64,000 nt of DNA from Octopus sinensis (taxonomy: Eukaryota): positions 163,556,001 through 163,620,000 of the forward strand of contig NC_042999.1 of the NCBI RefSeq assembly GCF_006345805.1, read 5' to 3'. The notes beneath the pieces were generated by a model, which made no database searches, was not told the DNA's origin, and saw only the letters and a program-made list of their open reading frames with translations. Below are positions 49,588 through 61,678 of this stretch, in pieces. The position numbers and the translations under genes are program-made. Position 1 is the first letter of the stretch, and every line of letters begins with the position of its first letter.

Positions 49588-51782
49588 GTCATCATCATCA
49601 TTTAACATCCGTTTTCCATGCTAGCATGGGTTGGATGGTTCAACCGGGGTCTGGGAAGCCAGGAGGCTGCACCAGGCTCCAATCTGATCTGGCAGTGTTT
49701 CTACAGCTGGATGCCCTTCCTAACGCCAACCACTTTGAGAAAGCCAATTTGTATCTAACTTACCCTGTACTAAATTAGTTTCATATCAATTATGTGGCAC
49801 ATTATCAAACTGTTGGATCAGGTGATGAAGGTCACAGAGAGGGTCATAGCCCATCTCATTAGGGAGAGAGTCTGCTTAGATAAGATGCAGTTCGGTTTTG
49901 TGCTGGGTAGAAGCACCACTGATGCCATATTCCTGGTTTTTATTTCTTTCAGATCTAGGCAGGTAAAATGTTCATACAAGAAACGAAAAGACATGCAGTC
50001 ATTGTTGCCACATGTGCAGATCACAGGCATGTAGATCTAAAGATCTACACTGATAAAAGGGTTACGATTCAATGAGTGTAGTGGGTGCTTTTTACATGCC
50101 ACCAGCACAGGGGCCAGAGGAGGCTGGCAACAGCCACGATTGGCTGGTGCTTTTTACGTGCAACCGGCACAGATGCCAGTCAAGGCGGCATGGAACACGT
50201 TCAGATGGTGCTTTTTACGTGCCACTGGCCAGGATATCACAACTACAATTTCCATTTGAGTTTTATTTTGATGTTGATGTACTTGACTCAGTAGGTCTCC
50301 TCAAGCACAGCATGTCACCCAACGATCCAAATTAAGCACAGCAGGCCGTCCTGCGAGCCATGAACTCACTTCATTTGTCAGGTCTTCGCAGTCACAGCAT
50401 ATCTCCAGAGGTATCAGTCTTTCGTCATTGCCTCTGTGAGGCCCAGTGTTCGATGGTCATGCTTGACCACCTCGTCCCATGTCTTCCTGGGTCTACCTCT
50501 ACCCTGGATTCCTTCAACTATTTGGGAGTGGCACTTCACTCATCTCTCCTCATGCATCCATAGTAATTGACCATACCAACACAAACGTCTGTCCTGCATG
50601 CTACATCCGATGCTTCTTATGTCCAACATTTCTCTCAGGGCGCTTACACTCTGTCGTTTGCGCACACTGACATAACACGTCCAGCGGATAGTGCTAACTT
50701 CATTTCTTTCGAGCCTACGCATATCCTACGCAGTCACGGCCCATGTTTCACTGCCGTGAAGCATAGCAATTTACACACATGCGTCGTACAATCTACCTTT
50801 CACTCTGAGCAAGAGACCCTTTGTCGCCAGTAGGGGAAGAAGCTTTCTAAACTTTGCCCAGGTTATTCTTATTCTAGTGGTAACACTCTCTGAGTATCCC
50901 CCCCCACTACTAACTTGGTCACCTAGGTAGCTGAAATTATCAACTACTTCTAGCTTCTTCCCCTGGAGTGTGGTGGAATCTGTTTTCTGAGTATCTGTGG
51001 CGTCTACTGCTCCTGTGCATCTGCTGCACACGAAAGCTATCTTCTCGGTTAATTATCCTTTGCAGACTGGAGCCTGGTGCAGCCTTCTGGTTTCCCAGAT
51101 CCCCAGTCGAACCGTCCAACCCATGCTAGCATGGAGAACGGACGCTAAACAATAATGATGTTGCTGCACCTCTTATGTGTCCATAGCTTACATCTTATGG
51201 AGTTTCTACCTAAACCTTTTCTACAGATCTTTTTTAGTTCTGGTAGTGATTCCGCTATGAGGGCCAGGTCATCAACATAAAGGAGCTCCCAGGGGCAACC
51301 CATCTTGAATTCCTGTTATTGCCTGGAGGGCTATGATGAATAAAAGGGGACTGAGGGCTGAACCTTGGTGGACCCCTACCCGGAATTCTTCACTATACTC
51401 ATTGCCAATCCTAACCTTATTAACGACCTCTCTGCATAGGGCCTGTACAGCTCTTATTAACCATTCGTCAATCTCCAGTTTCTGCATCGCCCACCAGATA
51501 AGGAATGGGGGACCCTGTCAAAGGCTTTCTCCAAGTCCACAAAAGCTAAGTATAGGGGTTTATCTTTAGCTAGGTATTTCTTCTGCAGTTGTCAAACCAG
51601 TAATATAGTATCAGTGGTGCTTCTACTTGGGACAAAACCGAACTGCATGTCATCTAAGCAACCCTCTCTCTAATGAGATGGGCTATGACCCTCTCCGTGA
51701 CCTTCATCACCTAATCCAACTGTTTGATAATGTGCCACGTAATTGATATGAAATTAATTTAGTACAGGGTAAGTCAGATACA
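49588..51782 (-). mobile_element. Rearranged RTE subfamily A copy with internal inversion and inserts
   Basis: Minus-strand tail, 3' UTR and RT are interrupted by a plus-strand RT piece (49750-49939), a Tc1-derived piece (49935-50020) and a plus-strand tail (about 51063-51160). Confidence 0.8.
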
Positions 51783-52260
51783 ACATTGATATAATTTTGA
51801 TGGGACCCAACATCGAATGTGTAAGTAATGTACCATCAGAATGTAAGAAAATAATGTCTAAAGATTATCTTTTATAATATAAATGTTATCAGTTTGTATA
51901 CATTTATGATCAATGTATTTAAAAGTAAAATCCATGATGAATTCTATGAAATGAATTGAACAACTCCTCTTTTGTTTATGATGGACTTGTATGCTTAGTT
52001 CAAATGTAAAATTATCGATGTTCCCAATGTGTAATAGCTAGTGTATTTGGTTTCTCGGTAGAATATAATCTGATAAATTTCTTTTTGAACTTTTTATAAT
52101 TTGAACCATCAGATGTGTTTATGAAATAGGGAGTAAGTAGACATTATAAAAGATAACTTTAAAAATATGATTATTCATGTAATTTTGAATTGAAACTTGT
52201 TTAACCCTTAAACTTTTTTAAACTGAAGCTTTTTTAACCTTTAACATTTTGTAACAATAG

Positions 52261-52413
52261 GTAACTGTTGATGACCATGTATATACTGGTGTGGGACAGA
52301 ATAAGAAATTAGCTAAACGGAACGCTGCTGAAGGTATGCTTCAGTTGCTTGGTTACAGTCGACCAGCACCTCAGCCAGCAAAGCCTGCAATCAAAACTGG
52401 AAGTAATTCAGAG
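52261..52413 (+). CDS. stau: staufen exon: dsRBD4 C-half
   Basis: caatag|GTA...GAG|gtaaag; VTVDDHVYTGVGQNKKLAKRNAAEGMLQLLGYSRPAPQPAKPAIK. Confidence 0.95.
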
Positions 52414-53691
52414 GTAAAGTTTAAAGCTCTTAACTTTCACTTAATTTTAGTAAAAACTTGTATTTGTCTAAAAAATTTTCCCTATTGCCCTAAGTTCCTT
52501 CCATATACTAATCTGTGATGTTTCAAGGTTCTTATAATTGCTGTAACTCTTACTCAGAATCTTTATCATTTTTAAGTCCTGTTTCCTTGTAACTTAAGGG
52601 AGATTTAGCTCTTGTTTCTAATACATCTCACAACCACTCTTTATCTTTCTCAGAATTGCATGTAGATCTAGATTAAAAAACAAACAAAATCTAAAAACTA
52701 ATTCCTTGATTTAGCATTAAAAGTATAAATTAAAGATATTAAAAACAAACACGAGATATAGTGTTCAAATTCAGGATGTTTTTGAAAGACACTATATTTT
52801 ATAATCATAGTATATATACTTTCTCACACAACAATTACAATATATCTATTTTAAATCATTTATTTATTTTAAATTGTTCATCTTTCTCCCCCCCTCCTCT
52901 CTCTCACACACATTACTTTGGGTGCGAAAGAGTTTTGTTTTTATTTTATGCCGAGTAAAAACGGGTTTTTACTCAATGAATTTTGAAGAGACTGAAGCAG
53001 GTGGAAATCTGAAGGCATAATATATGTCTACTTATTTCTTGAAATTCTGGCACAGATTCGATATTTGAAACTTTGGATTCATATTCTGACCTCTTGCCAT
53101 GTGGGGACATGTCAGTTTGACGAATAGCATCAGTATACCACCTTCTTTATTGACATTGCGCTTTTTTGCCATACTATGGCCAAATTCAGCAATGACCATT
53201 TTGAATTTGCAAGAAAATAATTGAAAATTAATAAAATTTTCACTTTTATATTTTATAATGATTATCTGACCTATCCCCATCGATTTTATATCAAAATAAA
53301 GCAAAAACAGTCCTCTTCAAGACTATGATTTGAACTAGAGTGAGGACTACTATTCAGATGTCAAAAAAAAAAAAAAAAAGGGATAAGCTTTATGAATGAG
53401 TGGAAATATCAGGGTGATTGAGAGACCCTAGCATGATATGTAAGTGTCAGATTTTGATAAAAACGATATGAGAAGAAAGTTTACATTTAGAACTTTCAAA
53501 TGATGTATAATTTCTGTGGAAAATATGTATTTTGACATGAAAATGATCAAGCAAAAAGTGTGTTTTTTGTGTGGTCAAACTATGTTTGTCTTCCTTCTAT
53601 GGCACTATATATATATATATATATGGATGGGCTATGTGGCTGAATTGGGTGCGTACAGAGACATGTTAAACGATGATGATATATATATATA

Positions 53692-54083
53692 CTAGCAGTA
53701 TCGCCCGCCGTTGCTCAGGTTTGTAAGGGAAATAACTATATAAGCATTTTTAGAGAGTTATAGCCAAAAAATAGCAAAAAAATGCATTAAAAATGGAAGA
53801 AAAATGATGGTAAATTTTTTTTAAATCGTTGACTCATTGTAGACATTTTTAGAGAGTTACTTCCCTTAATAGCGAAAAATGCATTAAAATGGGAAAAAAT
53901 TAAGGTAAATTTTTTTTTAAATCGTAGACTCATCGTAGACGCGCGCTAATACCCAGAAGGGCTCGATATGAATCACGACTATAAGATACCCGCTTTTGGT
54001 TAAACTGCACCGCAAAATGTGGGAGTAGTTAGGAATCTAAATCGTAGGAGACAGACACACAACTTTAGTTTTATATATAAAGA
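53692..54083 (-). mobile_element. Helitron-like element family 1, tandem copy 1
   Basis: CTAG 3' end with GC-rich subterminal motif; TC-(TA)n-AAAA 5' end. Confidence 0.75.
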
Positions 54084-54096
54084 TTATATATATATA

Positions 54097-54609
54097 CTAG
54101 CAGTATCGCCCGGCGTTGCTCGGGTTTGTAAGGGAAATAACTATATAAGCATTTTTAGAGAGTTACTTCCCTTATAGATGCCAATTCGGGCTTTCTTAGC
54201 CATTTCTGTTTTGGTGTCTTCAAGCCATGAAGTCGTTGTTCTAAAAGAACGCTGGTCTCCTTGACAACGCTTTACGACGTTGATTTCCTTACACTCCCTT
54301 CCCCACAGCTTCACGAAGGAGAGAAGAAGGGGGAGAAGCAAACAGGTGCAGGTGTGACCATGGACGCCAACTCCGCCGCCATCGACACACGAAAAATTAT
54401 GCATTAAAATGGAATAAAAAATGATGTTAAATTATTTTTTTAATCGTAGACTCATTGTAGACGCGCGCTAATAGCCAGACGGGCTCGATATGAATCACGA
54501 CTATAAGATACCCGAATTTGGTTAAACTGCACCGCTAAATGTGGGAGGAGTTAGGAATCTAAATCGAAGGGGACAGACACTCACACAACTACAGTTTTAT
54601 ATATATAGA
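54097..54609 (-). mobile_element. Helitron-like element family 1, tandem copy 2 (longer)
   Basis: Same termini, with an extra internal CpG-rich segment at about 54177-54400. Another Helitron-like head begins at 54620 on the + strand. Confidence 0.75.
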
Positions 54610-54799
54610 TATATATATATCTATATATATAAGAAAGGATGTCTGTGTGTAATACGTATGCATTTTTACAGTTTTTAACTGATTTTCACCAACCGTTACA
54701 CATTACTTATGTGCTAAGGATGGTCATGCACCATAATTTTTTGTCCTTAGCTCCTGCATAAAGCAAGAAACATGGATAAAAGGTTTTTCTCTAAAAACT

Positions 54800-55140
54800 G
54801 CACTTTTCAACTGATTCTCTCCTTTTTCTCATTCTCTGTTACTCTCACCCTCTCTAATAGTTCCTCTCTTTTAGTCTGTCTTCCTTCTTTCCTGCTTTCT
54901 TTCTTTCTTTTCCACCCTCCTTTCTTTCTACTGATTTCTCTCTTTCTCCATCCCTCCCTCTTTCTTTCTTTCTCCCTCTTTCCTTCCTTCCCTCCTTCCT
55001 TCTTTCCCTCTTTTTCTGTTCTTTCCTTTCTGTTTATTTCTCCTTTTCTTTCCCTCTTTCTTTCGTTCTTTCCTTCCTTTCTTTCTCCCTCTTTTTCTTT
55101 CTCCCTCCCCTCCCTCCATCTTTCTTTCTTTCTTGTCAAC
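54800..55140. repeat. Polypyrimidine (CT-rich) low-complexity tract
   Basis: Almost exclusively C/T on the + strand. Confidence 0.9.
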
Positions 55141-55645
55141 TAAAGGCAATGCTCCAGCATGGCTATGGTCAAATTTCTGAAAAAGAATAAAATAACGATG
55201 CCATTTTAATCCTGAGCATCACCAGGTGTCTCTGCTAGTACCTGCTAAAACATCTTTGCTGTGCTTACATTTTAGACTTCTTTATTCTAGATTTTTTGTC
55301 CATGTTTGGAACCTCCTGTAATTCTTTTAGTAGTTATCAACAGACAGAAGTTCCTACTGGTTGCCAATTTTGAACTACTGTAATGACCTAGAAGAAAATA
55401 AAGAAGAGGAGACTAAAACTAAGCCCTGATATGAAATTCCTTACTGAACATTTTGCTAAAACTCATTCATCTACACTTAATTTTTGTAACAGCTACCAAA
55501 CTGAATTCTGCCAATGACCCTCTCTAGCTTCTATGAAAGCTAGGTAAAGTGATTTGCTCTGAGCTAAGAACTTGTACAATTAGATGTCTCATGACAAGCT
55601 GCATCTCATCTGAATAATGCTTTTCCTATTTAAACTTTTTAATCT

Positions 55646-55849
55646 TTACTGTTTTACTTGTTTCAGTCATTTTACTGCGGCCATGCTGGAGCACCACCTT
55701 TAGTCGAGCAAATCGACCCCGGGACTTATTCTTTGTAAGCCCAGTACTTATTCTATCGGTCTCTTTTGCCGAACCGCTAAGTGACGGGGACGTAAACACA
55801 CCAGAATTGGTTGTCAAGCAATGCTAGGGGGACAAACACAGACACACAA

Positions 55850-55914
<65 letters not shown>

Positions 55915-56080
55915 TACGATAGGCTTCTTTCAGTTTCCGTCTACCAAATCCACTCACAAGGCATTGGTTGGCCCGGGGCTATAGCAGAAGACACTTGCCC
56001 AAGATGCCATGCAGTGGGACTGAACCCGGAACCATGTGGTTGGTAAGCAAGCTACTTACCACACAGCCACTCCTGCGCCT
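55646..56080 (-). mobile_element. SINE family A, full length
   Basis: Reverse complement of the 47159 and 56669 copies. Confidence 0.92.
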
Positions 56081-56668
56081 ATTATTTTTTTCATTATGGA
56101 CCATTGATTTGATTCCTCTGTAACTGCTATTTTCTAGAGCATCTTTATCTTTATCGCAGTTAATAATGCTACACCAATCATTTGGGGTTGACCCCCCCCC
56201 CCATTGTATCTGACTGAGTAGTTTGTGTCTTATTTTATTGATTGATCAGTTGCTTTCTTTGCCTTGTAATTCTTGATGGCTCTTTTGGCTGTGCAGCTCT
56301 TAACTTTTTTGTTTACTAAATTGTACTCACAAGTACAATGCAAAGCTGTTTCTAATAGGGTTATGAGATTTATATAGAGAAACCAGGAATTTAAGAGTTG
56401 AACGAATTTATCAGTTATGACGCTATTGTCGTAATCTTTTGTGATCTACAGCAGAGTGCATGAACAATGTGCCATTATTATTATCTCTTCATTCTGATGA
56501 TGAGACTGGGAAGTCCTTGAAATGCTAGTGAGTAATGTAGAATGTAGGAACACTATGGCTCCAAACTAAATAAAGGATCAATGAAGAAATATGAAAAATC
56601 TTAAGTAAAAAGGATTGAACTTGGATGTAGTTGTGTCTTTAATGTTAAAAAAATTGAAAGAAAACTTT

Positions 56669-57047
56669 GCTGTGTGGTAAGTAGCTTGCTAACCAACCAC
56701 ATGGTTCCGGGTTCAGTCCCACTGCGTGGCATCTTGGGCAAGTGTCTTCTGCTATAGCCCCGGGCCGACCAATGCCTTGTGAGTGGATTTGGTAGACGGA
56801 AACTGAAAGAAGTCCGTTGTATATATATGTGTGTGTGTGTGGGTTTGTGTGTCTGTGTTTGTCCCCCTAGCATTGCTTGACAACCGATGCTGGTGTGTTT
56901 ACATCCCTGTCACTTAGCAGTTCGGCAAAAGAGACCGATAGGATAAGTACTGGGGTTACAAAGAATAAGTCCCGGGGTCGATTTGCTCGACTAAAGGCGG
57001 TGCTCCAGCATGGCTGCAGTCAAATGACTGAAACAAGTAAAAGAGTA
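56669..57047 (+). mobile_element. SINE family A, slightly 5'-clipped
   Basis: GCTGTGTGGTAAGTAGCTTGC...GTAAAAGAGT. Confidence 0.92.
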
Positions 57048-57416
57048 TACTCAAACATACAATGATATGTGCTTTGTGTGTGTGTGTGTGTGTGTGTGTG
57101 TATAAGTGGGTGGGAGTCTGTGCTTATGTTTCTGCTCTGTTGTGTCTCTTTATAGTCCCATAACTTAGTGATTAGAAAATAAAAAGAGATTAAGTACTAA
57201 ACAGGAGTCATAATTATTGTGGTTTGATATGAAGTTGGTTCCCTTGCATTGTTTTAGTTCAGTGACTAAAACTAATAAACTAAGAATAAGAATTGGAAGT
57301 TCGGTTCTGATTTCATGATCTTGAATTAAAAGAAAAAAGATTTTTTGCTCTAGATTTAGTATTTAGTATTCTGGTAATGGAAATCTAATCATTTGAAAAC
57401 CCTCTTCTTTGTCCAG

Positions 57417-57477
57417 GGTTCCAACTGTGATAAAAAAGTTACATTTCTGGATACAGAAGTTTCATCATCATCTACGG
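57417..57477 (+). CDS. stau: staufen exon with KKVTF (RVxF-type PP1 docking) motif
   Basis: gtccag|GGT...ACG G|gtaaat; GSNCDKKVTFLDTEVSSSST. KVTF is conserved in Staufen proteins. Confidence 0.88.
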
Positions 57478-57678
57478 GTAAATAGAATTATACACAATTA
57501 TTTTATTTCTTCTTTTGTTTATCTAATTTTCCCTAAACTAGTCTTCTTGATTTATCCTTATTCTTTTAAAAAGTTTATTGAATAGTAGCAAATAGTTAGT
57601 GTACGTAACAGCCTCTGAAAGAATGCAGAGTAACAAAATACCACCTTGTAGATCATTGACATGGTACATTCAACACAG

Positions 57679-58067
57679 GAAGCGCAATGGCCCAGTGGTT
57701 AGGGCAGCGGACTCGCGGTCATAGGATCGCGATTTCGATTCCCAGACTGGGTGTTGTGAGTGTTTATTGAGCGAAAACACCTAAAAGCTCCACGAGGCTC
57801 CGGCAGGGGATGGTGGTGATCCCTGCTGTACTCTTTCACCACAACTTTCTCTCACTCTTACTTCCTGTTTCTGTTGTACCTGTATTTCAAAGGGCCGGCC
57901 TTGTCACTCTCTGTGTCACGCTGAATATCCCCAAGAACTACGTTAAGGGTGCACGTGTCTGTGGAGTGCTCAGCCACTTACACGTTAATTTCATGAGCAG
58001 GCTGTTCCGTTGATTCGGATCAACTGGAACCCTCATCGTCGTAACCGACGGAGTGCTTCCACCCACC
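57679..58067 (+). mobile_element. SINE family B, full length
   Basis: 13-bp TSD acattcaacacag (57666-57678 / 58068-58080); tRNA-like head with A and B boxes. Confidence 0.92.
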
Positions 58068-58349
58068 ACATTCAACACAGTTCACTGCTTCAGAGACTTA
58101 TTATTCATGCTTACCTTTAACTTAACACTTGAGTATTACTCTACTGGCATTGTGTTCTTTCTAAGCTTAAGAATGTGGACAACTCCTAGAGTTGTATGTC
58201 AAATTTAAGATAAGCTCCTTGTTATACCAAATAGCAATTCATTGTACATATAACTATGGTTATATGATTGAATGTCAATGATCTTAAGGTATAAATGTTG
58301 GTAGAAGATCAGAAGCTCAACAATGAAAGAATTTGAATCTTTGCTTCAG

Positions 58350-58451
58350 GAGGTCCTGTGAATGGGGCCGTTAATGGCCGTGTTGGTTGTCAACTAATGC
58401 CTGGTTTGTTGCTTGTACCAGAAGCTAATTTGCATGCTACCAAGTCTACAG
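58350..58451 (+). CDS. stau: staufen exon: linker with QLMPGLLLVP motif
   Basis: cttcag|GA...ACA G|gtaaga; GGPVNGAVNGRVGCQLMPGLLLVPEANLHATKST. Phase 1-1 fits both neighbours. Confidence 0.85.
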
Positions 58452-59082
58452 GTAAGAATATATTTTGTATATTTCTTGGCCTTGTGCATGTACATTGTGA
58501 ACTGGCTTCTTTCTGTTAATTAAAGTATCTCTAATAAAACTATGTCTAAATTTGATTTCAGGTTGTCCTATGCAGTTATTATTTCATAACGAACATAATT
58601 GACTTTATAGATTTTTCTTGCATACATTTTTTTCCCATTCTCTTAACAGTTTGAGATACTTTTATCTGCATATGCAAGGCATAATTTTAACATTTATAGT
58701 TTTTATAATTTTTTAATGTCAAAACATTTCAAATTGATCCATATGTATTTATATACATTGTGGACAGGTTATTTTATGTGGATCTTTTAGAAAGACAAAG
58801 AAAATTGTTAAATGGCAAAAATAGTTCAAAATAGTTACAAATAGGTTAAGAAAATCAAATTTCTTTGTGTTATTATAGGCACAGGTGTGGTTAAGAAGTT
58901 TTACTCTACAACCATGTGGTTCCATGTCTTGTCCCTCTGCACAGCACACTGGGCAAAAATATCTGCTTTAATCTTAGGTTGACTGAAGCCTTGTAAGTGG
59001 ATTTGGTAGATGAAAACTGAAAAGAAGCCTATTATGTGCATGTGTGTGTGTGTATGTATATATATATACATATATATATATA

Positions 59083-59283
59083 CAGGGGTTGGACAAAATA
59101 ATGGAAGCATCATAGCATCATAATTTTGAAATATTTACAAAACCATCAAATTATCGATGTTCCCAATGTGTAAATAGCTAGTGTATTTGGTTTCTCGGTA
59201 GAATATAATCTGATAGATTTCTTTTTGAATTTTTTATAAAAGGTTGTTTATTTTTATGTTTTTTGATTTATTATTAGTGTTTC
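59083..59283 (+). mobile_element. Tc1-type MITE end carrying a ~91-bp insert
   Basis: TA|CAGGGGTTGGACAAAATAATGGAA is a Tc1-like TIR. The element is cut on the right by the piggyBac remnant. Confidence 0.5.
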
Positions 59284-59287
59284 TTAA

Positions 59288-60290
59288 CCCTTTCGCTACT
59301 ATATTTCTGACCAAAATACACCCCTCATGAGTTTCAATTAAATTCAAAAATAATCATGAATTTAGACTAGTTTCATTAAACAACTCTAACTTTTTTCTTA
59401 TCAACATATTAACGTGATATTTGGAACATAATTAAAGAAAGGATTCTTAATCAATTCTATTGCATAACTTTTGTCTCAAAGTGGCTTTAATTACAGGTAA
59501 ATCCAGGTAAACTGAGCAAAAGGTAAAAATATTAAAATTTTGTTTAAACATCACCATAGAAAATGAATCATCAGGTAATATCCAATTGGGTATGCAACAA
59601 AATTTTGATATAGAAGAATTGTGCTCATCGCTAGATCATCAGTTGAATTTAATGCACAACTGAACAGGTGTACCATAAAGGTGAAATAAACTGAAATACT
59701 GGAATCCACCTAAATCCACCGCAAGTTTGACCGAACTAAAGAAATTGGTCAAAAAATAATATACGGTTATGGTATGGAAGTGATAAATTCCAGACCACAT
59801 TGTACACTAGGCCATGGTGACTTACATTATTTTCCCTGTATTAAAACTAAATCCACAGCAGTACCCAGTATTTGCTTCTCAAATTTTCTAAACTTTGATC
59901 CCCCATTTCATGGGCTTTCCTGGCATATACTGTTTGTTTACATTCTGCGTAACAGTTTGCGCAGTGATCACTTCAAACAAGCATACTGAAAAAAATAAAT
60001 GGTTTCGCTTCCTAAGAAAGACCCCATCTCCTCAGAACAATTGCTAATAAAAACATTAAAAAAGTTTTTACTAAATTCCAATGTAAAATCGTCATTGCTG
60101 TCGCTATCGCTGCTTTCGGTTTTGGATACAGAAATATCCCATTCATTCTCGTACACCACGTACTTTTGTACCTCATTCATTTTTTTTCTCGATATCTCCA
60201 TATTTTCCATTGAAAAACCTTTAAATTCAGAATCACTGCTTGATAGCATGAAACTCCTATCCATTTTCAAAGTTGTGCTTTCCCAAACAT
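59288..60290 (-). mobile_element. piggyBac-like remnant, copy 2, with acidic transposase N-terminus
   Basis: TTAA|CCCTTTCG end. The minus ORF 59968-60270 has an acidic Ser/Asp/Glu tract (DISVSKTESSDSDSNDDF) typical of piggyBac transposase N-termini. Confidence 0.65.
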
Positions 60291-60514
60291 GGAAAAATAG
60301 ATGTTAAAACAATGATGATGATTTATTTTGATAATATAACTCAGATTCATGGAAATGGGATCAAGCATTAGAAAGTAATTTCACATGCTTTACAGCACAC
60401 TCCAACTTGCTGCAGCTAGAATTTTCCAAAAATGATTGTATGACTGGAAGTGAACAAGATTAAAAATAATTCAACAATTGTTTTTCATTGTTAATAATTT
60501 TATTTTTATTTCAG

Positions 60515-60672
60515 GCGAAGATAGTAGCAATGTGATTGGATTAAATGGCCGTCCTATCACTGCAGTAACAAGTGCACTAAGACCTGAACAGCAACTACGG
60601 GAACTTGCACACAAGCATCAGATTGAGGTGCACTTTCAGAACTATGCAGTTCAGCCAGACTTTAGTGGCAAG
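60515..60672 (+). CDS. stau: staufen exon: dsRBD5 N-half
   Basis: tttcag|GC...AAG|gtaata; GEDSSNVIGLNGRPITAVTSALRPEQQLRELAHKHQIEVHFQNYAVQPDFSGK. Confidence 0.9.
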
Positions 60673-60704
60673 GTAATAAATTCATTTTTATTGCATTATT
60701 CTTG

Positions 60705-60815
60705 GAGTGGTTGGTGTTAGGAAGGGCATCCAGCTGTAGAAACACTGCCAGATCAGATTCGAGCCTTTTGCAGCCACTGGATCTCCAGACCTCAGAAAGC
60801 ATGGAAAACGGACGG
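60705..60815 (+). mobile_element. RTE tail fragment just downstream of a staufen donor site
   Basis: GGAGTGGTTGGTGTTAGGAAGGGCATCCAGCTGTAGAAACACTGCCAGATC. Confidence 0.75.
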
Positions 60816-61478
60816 GCAGTGGCAGCTCCTCCTCCTTACTATGTTTTGGAATTCCTAAGCAATCTATTTCAATCATTAAAGAAGTAAAAATAAAATTTCA
60901 TATTAAAATACCTTTTAAGCTTTCATGTGTGGAAAGGAAAATTTACACAGCTTATTTGGAAAATCTCTCCAGTTGTGACATTGACTAATTCATGAGTGGC
61001 AACAGCGTGGGTGGCAGATACATCAAATCTAATCAATTTTGGGATATTAACATTGGTATATAACTTATTGCTATTAGTTTGAAAATTTAAAAATCTTTGC
61101 TATCAGCAGTCAAATGTAAATAGAATGGATTTCTCTGAAGCAAAATACAAAATATATTCATTTACATTTTCAAGATTAGAGATGACAGTTTTGATTCCAG
61201 CAAATGTATCCCTTTGAAAAATAGTTCCATAAGGCATGGCCGCAATCAAATGACTGAAACAAATAAAAGAATACAAGTATGTAGATTATTTCTTAAGTAA
61301 AACTCAAGCATAAAATTCTGAGTAGCTTGTGATTTCTAATATTGCAAAAATGACTAAGTCCATATAAATTAAACATTACTTTTATGGTTTTATAATTGAA
61401 TAAACTGAATTTTTGAGATGTAAAGAATCTACTTTAAAAAAACATGAATTTTTATTTCAATTTGTTTTATAAATATTG

Positions 61479-61637
61479 AGGCGCAAGAGTGGCTGTGTGG
61501 TAAGTAGCTTGCTAACCAACCACATGGTTCCGGGTTCAGTCCCACTGCGTGGCATCTTGGGCTTCTACTATAGCCTCGGGCTGACCAAAGCCTTGTGAGT
61601 AGATTTGGTAGACGGAAACTGAAAGAAGCCTGTCGTA

Positions 61638-61678
<41 letters not shown>

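Noticed and set aside
54807-55149. Lys/Glu/Arg-rich and Phe/Ser/Leu-rich ORFs
   Set aside because: Translations of a polypurine/polypyrimidine tract.
56490-56545. CTGATGA...GACT GGGA AGTC...GAAA hammerhead-like string
   Set aside because: Stems I and III do not pair properly around an NUH triplet.
60330-60470. Candidate small phase-1 exons before the dsRBD5 exon (also the acceptor-like TTTCAG at 58561)
   Set aside because: Weak donors or in-frame stops, and peptides with no resemblance to Staufen.
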